This document shows positions 25,922 to 32,000 of a stretch of DNA of 32,000 nt, piece by piece. The stretch covers positions 120,001 to 152,000 of the forward strand of contig NZ_CP179200.1 in NCBI RefSeq assembly GCF_051201565.1, written 5' to 3'. This DNA comes from Pseudothioglobus sp. nBUS_23 (GTDB taxonomy: Bacteria > Pseudomonadota > Gammaproteobacteria > PS1 > Pseudothioglobaceae). The first letter of the stretch is position 1. Each line of letters begins with the position of its first letter. The position numbers and the translations under genes are program-made. Below the pieces are notes generated by a model, which saw nothing but the letters and a program-made list of their open reading frames with translations, ran no database searches and had not been told where the DNA came from.

Positions 25922-26824
25922 ATGTCAATTTTAAGTGCATTCACCTCAAAAGAGGAAAATATAAAGGTGAGCGAATCTCTTAAAGATTTTTTGGGTGATT
26001 TTTCAATAGAGGTTATGCCCCGTACTGCCTCAAAAATTGAGAGTTTCACTGAAATATTGCCCCAGAGCACTAGAATCTATATAGCCCATATTGAGGGTGT
26101 GCCTATTGAGGAGATGGTTGAAACTGCTAAAAGACTTGCTAGTGAGGGGTTTAATGTGATGCCTCATTTTCCAGCTCGCATCATTAAAGATAAGAGTATG
26201 CTCGATGACTGGATAAATAGATATCAGGGTGAGGCAGGAATTGAACAAGCGCTGCTTCTAGCTGGAGGAGTCAGTAAGCCTCATGGGGATTATGAAAACT
26301 CAATGCAGCTTGTTGAAACAGAATTATTTGAAAAATATAATTTTAAACACTTGCATTTTGCTGGACATCCAGAGGGTAATAAAGATATTGACTCCGATGG
26401 CTCAAATAAAAATGTTGATGCGGCCTTAAGTTGGAAGCAGAAATTTAAAGAACGGACTGATATTGCTTTGGCTTTAACTACACAATTCTGTTTTGAGGCT
26501 GAACCTGTTATTGAGTGGGCGAATTCATTGACCTCGAAAGGAATAGATATACCAATTCATATTGGGGTTGCTGGACCTGCTAAATTGCAGACATTGATTA
26601 AGTTTTCCATTGCTTGCGGGGTAGGACCATCACTTAGGGTTTTGCAAAAAAGAGCAAAAGATGTTAAGAAGTTACTACTACCTTTTGAGCCAAATGAGTT
26701 TTTAGAAGCTCTAGCTGAGCACAAAAAAGCAAATCCTGGCTTCAATATTACCAATATTCATTTTTTCCCATTGGGAGGGATTAATGTTAATGCTTCATGG
26801 ATAAAGAGCGCAACAAATAACTAA
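25922..26824 (+). CDS. metF: Methylenetetrahydrofolate reductase family protein (MetF-like)
   Basis: 300 aa TIM-barrel MTHFR-like protein (SIEVMPRTA..., ...ALLLAGG..., ...HFAGHPEG...). Sits between corrinoid and pterin-methyltransferase genes. The gene symbol is tentative. Confidence 0.7.
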   Translation: MSILSAFTSKEENIKVSESLKDFLGDFSIEVMPRTASKIESFTEILPQSTRIYIAHIEGVPIEEMVETAKRLASEGFNVMPHFPARIIKDKSMLDDWINRYQGEAGIEQALLLAGGVSKPHGDYENSMQLVETELFEKYNFKHLHFAGHPEGNKDIDSDGSNKNVDAALSWKQKFKERTDIALALTTQFCFEAEPVIEWANSLTSKGIDIPIHIGVAGPAKLQTLIKFSIACGVGPSLRVLQKRAKDVKKLLLPFEPNEFLEALAEHKKANPGFNITNIHFFPLGGINVNASWIKSATNN

Positions 26825-26840
26825 CTTAGGAGTAAATAAA

Positions 26841-27737
26841 TTGGCAACAACGACACTATCATCAACCTCCAAAGAGGTAACAATCGGCTTTGGCCATCCA
26901 TTTGTAATGATTGGAGAAAGGATTAATCCTACTGGAAGAAAAATTCTAGCTGCAGAAATGAAGGAAGGGGATTACTCAAGGGTAGTTGCTGATGCAATAG
27001 CACAAGTTGAAGCTGGTGCTCAAATGCTCGATGTCAATGCAGGTATTCCTTTGGCTGATGAACCTGCGATTCTTGCTGAGTCTATTAGGCGCGTGCAGGC
27101 AGTTGTAGACGTTCCCATATCAATTGACTCATCAATTATTGAGGCGCTTGAGTCTGGATTGGCAGCTTATCAAGGTAGAGCTCTTGTCAACTCTACTACC
27201 GGTGAAACTGAGGTTCTTGAACGTGTTCTCCCTTTAGTGAAGAAATATGATGCTGCGGTTGTTGCTATTTCAAATGATGAGACTGGTATCAGTGAGGATC
27301 CAAATGAAAGATTCAAGGTTGCTAAAAAGATTGTTGAGCATGCAGCTGATTATGGCATTAAACCTCAAGATGTAGTAGTTGATCCTCTGGTCATGCCAAT
27401 CGGTGCAATCTCTCAAGCTGGTAATCAAGTTTTTGAATTAGTAAGAAAGCTCAGAAGTGAGTTAAAGGTAAATACTACCTGTGGCGCATCCAATGTAAGT
27501 TTTGGATTGCCACAAAGGAATGGAATAAATAATGCTTTCTTGCCGATGCTAATTGCTGCAGGAATGACCTCTGCAATTGTTAATCCTTTGCATCCAGAGC
27601 TTGTGCAAGCAATTAGAGCAGGTGATGTTTTAACTGGAGTGGATGAGGGTTGTACGACTTGGATATCGGCCTATAAAGAACCTGCAAAAGAGGGTGATAA
27701 TCCCAGAGGTGAAAGGAGAAGAAGGAGACGCGCATAA
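26841..27737 (+). CDS. Pterin-binding methyltransferase (methyl-corrinoid:tetrahydrofolate methyltransferase, MtgA/AcsE/MetH-pterin-domain-like)
   Basis: 298 aa. TTG start preceded by TAGGAG. Pterin_bind features: IGERINPTGRK, MLDVNAG, SIDSS, LVNS, and CGASNVSFGLPQR. The C-terminus ends GERRRRRRA. Confidence 0.85.
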   Translation: MATTTLSSTSKEVTIGFGHPFVMIGERINPTGRKILAAEMKEGDYSRVVADAIAQVEAGAQMLDVNAGIPLADEPAILAESIRRVQAVVDVPISIDSSIIEALESGLAAYQGRALVNSTTGETEVLERVLPLVKKYDAAVVAISNDETGISEDPNERFKVAKKIVEHAADYGIKPQDVVVDPLVMPIGAISQAGNQVFELVRKLRSELKVNTTCGASNVSFGLPQRNGINNAFLPMLIAAGMTSAIVNPLHPELVQAIRAGDVLTGVDEGCTTWISAYKEPAKEGDNPRGERRRRRRA

Positions 27738-27740
27738 TTT

Positions 27741-28145
27741 ATGCCGAGTGTTGAGTATAAAGGTTCTTGTGTTTGTGGAAAGACGTCATATATAGCGTAT
27801 GATTTAAATGACATTTCATACTGCCATTGCGAACAGTGTAGAAAAATGACTGGACACTTTATGGCTGCCTCTCAAGTAAGTAGAGATAACATTAAGATCA
27901 AGGGTAAGATAAAGTGGTTTTATACTCACAAAGGTTCAAGACATGGCTTTTGTGATAATTGTGGAGCCAATATGTTTTGGCAGAATGATGACAAGTCTAC
28001 TATAAGCGTAACAGCAGGCAGTCTCGAGGATTCAAAGGGTTTGAAAACTTGGCACCATATATTTGTTGAAGAAAAAGGGTGTTATTACAATATCAATTCT
28101 AATAGCCCTCAATTCAAAGGATATGGTGAAAGTAATATTGATTGA
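27741..28145 (+). CDS. GFA/CENP-V family zinc-binding protein (glutathione-dependent formaldehyde-activating enzyme fold)
   Basis: 134 aa. Cys pattern CVCG...CHCEQCRK...CDNCG is typical of GFA domains. The start lies 3 nt after the preceding stop, behind AGGAGA. Confidence 0.8.
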   Translation: MPSVEYKGSCVCGKTSYIAYDLNDISYCHCEQCRKMTGHFMAASQVSRDNIKIKGKIKWFYTHKGSRHGFCDNCGANMFWQNDDKSTISVTAGSLEDSKGLKTWHHIFVEEKGCYYNINSNSPQFKGYGESNID

Positions 28146-30094
28146 TAATAGAGATGGAAGATAATTTTCAAGTATGTTTTACCCCTTCAGGTCGTCAATT
28201 TAAAGGCGAATTTGGAGACACTTTGCTTCAGGTTGCCCAGGATGCTGGAGTTGCAATACGCTCATTATGTGGGGGCTATGGCCAGTGCCATCAATGTTGG
28301 ATTGAAGTTTCTGAGGGCGAACATTCAAAATTTGGCGTTAAGTGTGAACCTGATAATGTCAGTGCTGTCACTAGGCTTGAAAAACAATTAATAATTGATA
28401 ATCCAACCTATAAGGGTAAGAGATTGGCTTGCCAATCTTGTATTCAGGGCGACCTTGTGATTGATGTTCCCGAGGAAAGTCAAGAGCATAAAGCCTATAT
28501 CAGTAAAAAAAATGAAAAGCAGAATTATACAGTTGCAAGTGCAATTAGTCTTTTTGATTGCACTCTGGACGAGTCAACCCTTGATGAGAATCCATCTGCA
28601 TCTGAAAACTTAGTTGCTCAACTAGACAAACAAGGTGTTAAAGCAAAGATTGACTTTAATCTTTTAAGAGGCTTGCAGCCTCTAATTCATGAAACCAAAG
28701 GAAATCTAACAGTTGCAGTTCGAGATAATAAACAAATTGTCGCTGCATACCCTCAAGGAAAACTTCAAATATTCGGCGCGGCAATTGATATAGGGTCTAC
28801 CACTCTAGCATTGTATGTCTATGATTTAAAAGATGGAGAATTAGTTTTTGAATCCTCAGCAATGAACCCACAAATTCGTTTTGGTGAAGATCTAATGAGT
28901 AGGGTTTCATACGTGATGATGAATAAAGGTGGGGATGAAAAATTAACAATTGCTGTTAGAACAAAAATCACTGAAATGCTTCATGATGCATGCGAAAACC
29001 TTGAGGTGGAATGGGATAAATTACTAGAAGTTGTTCTAGTTGGAAATCCAATTATGCACCATATATTTTTTGGAATCTCTCCAGTTGAATTGGGACAGGC
29101 TCCTTTCACTCTCTCTATTCGAAGCTGGCTAGATGTTGATGCCAAGGATTTAAGTTTTGAACTTTATCCAAAAACGAGATTATCATTTTTTCCTCTAATA
29201 GCTGGACATGTCGGTGCAGATACTGCAGCTGCCTATCTTAGCCAAATTGATATCATGCATTCCGAAACAACTTTACTTGTTGATATTGGTACAAATGCTG
29301 AAATTATGCTTTCCAAAAATGGCAAAGTATATGCAACCTCCTCACCCACAGGCCCTGCTTTTGAAGGTGCTGAAATTAGTTCTGGTGTTAGAGCAACCTA
29401 TGGTGCAATTGAGAGAGTGAGAATAGACAAAGAGACTTTAAAGGTTCGCTTTAAAGTGATTGGCTGTGATGCGTGGTCAGATGAGCCAGATTTTGAATTA
29501 GTTCAAATGAAGGCGGTTGGAATTTGTGGAAGTGGAATTATTGAGGCCATTGTTGCATTTGCCGAAGCTGGGATAATAGATCAAAGTGGGCTTTTTGTTG
29601 AGTCAATTGCACCTGAGCTTTTTTCAAAAAAAGGAAATACCACTCGTTTTTTATTAGTTGATCAGGGTGATAAATCAATTTATATTGAGCAAGTAGATAT
29701 TCGATCTATTCAGTTGGCTAAGGCTGCACTATCTGCAGGGGTATCAATACTGATGGACTATCTCGAATGTGATCACTTTGATAGAATACTGCTAGCAGGT
29801 GCTTTTGGAGCGCATTTAGATGCTAGATATGTTGCTTTGCTGGATATTATTCCAACTTCAACTGCTGAAAAAATCGTTTCAGTAGGAAATGCTGCAGGTA
29901 TCGGAGCAAGTGCAGCGCTATTGGATGTTAATAAGCGTAACGCAATTATTGAAGCTGTTGACAAGGTAGTGAAGATTGAAACCGCTACTGAACCAAGGTT
30001 TCAGGAGTTTTTTGTTGAAGCAATGAAGTTCAGTGTATCACCAGTAGAGCAACAACAAACCAAAAAAGTTAGACGCCGAAAACGAGTGTCATAA
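28142..30094 (+). CDS. RACo/RamA-type ATP-dependent reductive activase of corrinoid proteins ([2Fe-2S] ferredoxin domain + ASKHA ATPase domain)
   Basis: About 646-650 aa. The start is either TTG 28142 (4-nt overlap with the GFA stop) or ATG 28154. N-terminal plant-type ferredoxin cysteines (CGGYGQCHQC...LACQ). ASKHA phosphate motifs AIDIGSTT and LVDIGTNAE, then GICGSG. The C-terminus ends KKVRRRKRVS. Confidence 0.88.
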   Translation: MIIEMEDNFQVCFTPSGRQFKGEFGDTLLQVAQDAGVAIRSLCGGYGQCHQCWIEVSEGEHSKFGVKCEPDNVSAVTRLEKQLIIDNPTYKGKRLACQSCIQGDLVIDVPEESQEHKAYISKKNEKQNYTVASAISLFDCTLDESTLDENPSASENLVAQLDKQGVKAKIDFNLLRGLQPLIHETKGNLTVAVRDNKQIVAAYPQGKLQIFGAAIDIGSTTLALYVYDLKDGELVFESSAMNPQIRFGEDLMSRVSYVMMNKGGDEKLTIAVRTKITEMLHDACENLEVEWDKLLEVVLVGNPIMHHIFFGISPVELGQAPFTLSIRSWLDVDAKDLSFELYPKTRLSFFPLIAGHVGADTAAAYLSQIDIMHSETTLLVDIGTNAEIMLSKNGKVYATSSPTGPAFEGAEISSGVRATYGAIERVRIDKETLKVRFKVIGCDAWSDEPDFELVQMKAVGICGSGIIEAIVAFAEAGIIDQSGLFVESIAPELFSKKGNTTRFLLVDQGDKSIYIEQVDIRSIQLAKAALSAGVSILMDYLECDHFDRILLAGAFGAHLDARYVALLDIIPTSTAEKIVSVGNAAGIGASAALLDVNKRNAIIEAVDKVVKIETATEPRFQEFFVEAMKFSVSPVEQQQTKKVRRRKRVS

Positions 30095-30114
30095 TTATAG
30101 TATGGAGAATTTAA

Positions 30115-31662
30115 ATGGCTAGAGAAAGAAGAAGACGTAGAGGTGGATCTGAAGAAAAATCAGATTCAAATAGCATTCCTAAAGCGCCTGCATATATTAA
30201 ACGAAAAATACCACACTACAGTATTCTAAGTGATGATGATCTTAGTATTATTGAAGAAAATGCAGATACCATTCTAGAAGAGATTGGCATTGTTTTTTCT
30301 GAAGATCAAGAGGCACTTGATATCCTTGAAAAAGCTGGCGCAAGTGTTGATGGTATGAGAGTTAGATTTCCAAGAGGAATGTGCCGAAAACTAATTCAAG
30401 ATAATGCGCCAAAGCAGTTTACTCAATATGCACGAAATCCTGAAAGAAATGTTGAGATTGGGGGTAACAATATGGTTTTAGTGCCTGCTTATGGCCCCCC
30501 ATTTGTTCATGATCTCGATGAGGGTCGACGCTACGCAACAATTGAGGATTTTAGGAATTTTATTAAACTTGCTTACTTGTCAGATAATCTTCATCATTCA
30601 GGTGGAACCATTTGTGAGCCAGTTGACTTACCAGTTAATAAGCGCCACTTCGATATGGTGTACAGTCACATTAAATATTCTGATAAGCCTTTCATGGGCT
30701 CTGTTACTGCTGCAGAAAGAGCGCAGGATTCAGTTGATATGGTGAAAATAGTATTCGGAGATGAGTTTGTTGATAAAAACTGTGTATTGATTAATTTAAT
30801 TAATGCTAGTTCCCCAATGTCGTTTGATGCAACAATGTTGGGCGCACTTAAAGTCTATGCACGAAATAATCAAGCAACAATAATAACACCATTTATTGTT
30901 GCAGGAGCTATGGCTCCTACAACTGCAGTAGGTGTTGCAGCGCAAAGCCTGGCAGAAGGACTAGCAGGAATGGCATTTGCTCAGCTCATTAGACCAGGAG
31001 CGCCAGTCATTTATGGGAATTTTGTAACTGCAATGTCTATGAAATCTGGGGCGCCAACTTTTGGCACTCCTGAGGCCGCACATATGATGAATATTTCTGG
31101 AGCATTAGCGAGGCGATTGGGTGTTCCATTTCGAAGTGGGGGTGGCTTTAATGGAGCAAAGATGCCAGATGCTCAGGCAGGCTATGAAGCAGCTAACACT
31201 ATGCAAGCAACCCTGAATGCAAGTGTGAATTTTAATCTTCATACTGCTGGATGGCTTGAAGGTGGATTATGCATGAGTTATGAAAAATTTATTATGGATG
31301 CTGATCAAGCTGGGATGATGCGAGTTTCTGCTGAGGGAATTGATATGACTGAAAATGGTCAGGCAATGGAGGCAATTAGAGAAATTGGAAGTTTTTCAGA
31401 TGATGTGCCTAAGCATTATTTAGGATGTGAACACACCAAGAGAAATTTTAAGACAGCTTTTTATATGTCAGATGTTCTTGACGATAATAGTTTTGAACAG
31501 TGGGTTCAAGACGGTTCAAGAGATACAGCCTTGATTGCAAATGGGATTTATAAGAAAATGCTTTCAGACTATGAGTTGCCTCCACTAGATCCAGAAATTG
31601 ATAAGGCATTACTTGCATATATGAAGAGTAGAAAAGATAGTTTTGAGGATTCTAATGTTTAA
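30115..31662 (+). CDS. MttB-superfamily methyltransferase, non-pyrrolysine type (quaternary amine:corrinoid methyltransferase; substrate undetermined)
   Basis: 515 aa uninterrupted ORF with no in-frame TAG. MttB-family length and TIM-barrel-like core (…GAPTFGTPEAA…PDAQAGYE…HTAGWLEGGL…). The N-terminus is MARERRRRRGG. RBS GGAG lies upstream. Confidence 0.88.
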   Translation: MARERRRRRGGSEEKSDSNSIPKAPAYIKRKIPHYSILSDDDLSIIEENADTILEEIGIVFSEDQEALDILEKAGASVDGMRVRFPRGMCRKLIQDNAPKQFTQYARNPERNVEIGGNNMVLVPAYGPPFVHDLDEGRRYATIEDFRNFIKLAYLSDNLHHSGGTICEPVDLPVNKRHFDMVYSHIKYSDKPFMGSVTAAERAQDSVDMVKIVFGDEFVDKNCVLINLINASSPMSFDATMLGALKVYARNNQATIITPFIVAGAMAPTTAVGVAAQSLAEGLAGMAFAQLIRPGAPVIYGNFVTAMSMKSGAPTFGTPEAAHMMNISGALARRLGVPFRSGGGFNGAKMPDAQAGYEAANTMQATLNASVNFNLHTAGWLEGGLCMSYEKFIMDADQAGMMRVSAEGIDMTENGQAMEAIREIGSFSDDVPKHYLGCEHTKRNFKTAFYMSDVLDDNSFEQWVQDGSRDTALIANGIYKKMLSDYELPPLDPEIDKALLAYMKSRKDSFEDSNV

Positions 31663-31852
31663 AAGGGACGAATCTCAGATTTATTAGAATTCAAGCTATT
31701 ATGAATTTAATTATTAATAGCATAAAAAATTTGTAAGATAATATCTAGACTAAAAATCTTACGTCAAAAAAGCAATTTCTTGCCACCAAAATGATTAGTG
31801 GTCATGGATTTGTTTCTTTATTTTATGCTTTACATCGCAATTGGGAGAAGAA

Positions 31853-32000
31853 ATGAGCGAGTACAAAACAGATATTGACATTGCTAGAGAAGTTTCTGGT
31901 GAACATATAAATGATATTGGAGCAAAGCTCAACATTAATAAGGAGGACCTAGTTCCCTTTGGGCATGACAAAGCTAAGATTTCATGGAGTGCAATTGATG
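31853..32000 (+). CDS. fhs: Formate--tetrahydrofolate ligase, N-terminal fragment (runs off window)
   Basis: MSEYKTDIDIAREVSGEHINDIGAKLNINKEDLVPFGHDKAKIS matches the typical Fhs N-terminus (SDIEIA...I..IA.KLGI....L..YG.YKAKI). RBS GGGAGAAG lies upstream. Confidence 0.85.
   Translation, partial: MSEYKTDIDIAREVSGEHINDIGAKLNINKEDLVPFGHDKAKISWSAID

Noticed and set aside
30115-31662. Checked the MttB homologue for an in-frame amber codon that would indicate pyrrolysine.
   Set aside because: The ORF is uninterrupted over 515 codons, and no pyl genes are in the window. It is a non-Pyl family member, so genuine trimethylamine methyltransferase activity is unlikely.
31791-31856. A 21-codon upstream ORF (MISGHGFVSLFYALHRNWEKK) whose TGA stop overlaps the fhs ATG (ATGA). 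It could be a leader peptide or a translational-coupling device.
   Set aside because: There is no Shine-Dalgarno before its ATG, no run of regulatory codons, and no alternative hairpins that I could find. A chance ORF in a 190-nt AT-rich spacer is the simpler explanation.

Overview
Visibly AT-rich, tightly packed chromosomal segment whose gene content resembles a streamlined marine heterotrophic proteobacterium. A possible alphaproteobacterial origin rests only on gene content and a NagQ-type operator, and taxonomy cannot be verified here. I support 31 complete CDS and 1 partial CDS. I saw no rRNA, tRNA, CRISPR, transposase, integrase, phage or recognisable defence genes, so this is metabolic rather than mobile or defence DNA.

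Modules, left to right:
(1) SDR, an orphan secreted protein, a ureohydrolase and a DUF2721 protein.
(2) A 768-aa fusion of an IDO/PrnB-like heme-dioxygenase domain with a kynureninase-like PLP domain, divergent from an Lrp/AsnC regulator, followed by an ETHE1-like persulfide dioxygenase.
(3) An N-acetylglucosamine/chitobiose regulon. It comprises GntR(NagQ-like)-nagA-nagB, divergent from a cytoplasmic GH20 hexosaminidase, a CUT1-type ABC transporter, and a Gfo/Idh/MocA - TIM-barrel - Gfo/Idh/MocA trio. Mirrored TGGTATT-repeat operators overlap both promoters.
(4) A Sel1-repeat protein, modABC, an MFS transporter and a stand-alone class-I amidotransferase.
(5) The most interesting part: a complete corrinoid-dependent, non-pyrrolysine MttB-family methyltransferase operon. 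Its order is corrinoid protein, DUF1638, MTHFR, methyl-corrinoid:THF methyltransferase, GFA-domain protein, RACo-type reductive activase and MttB homologue, followed by formate-THF ligase. Poly-Arg tails sit on exactly the three proteins that must dock on a corrinoid carrier with an acidic N-terminus.

All functional calls come from motif recognition by eye on the supplied translations. No database search, HMM or structure prediction was run.
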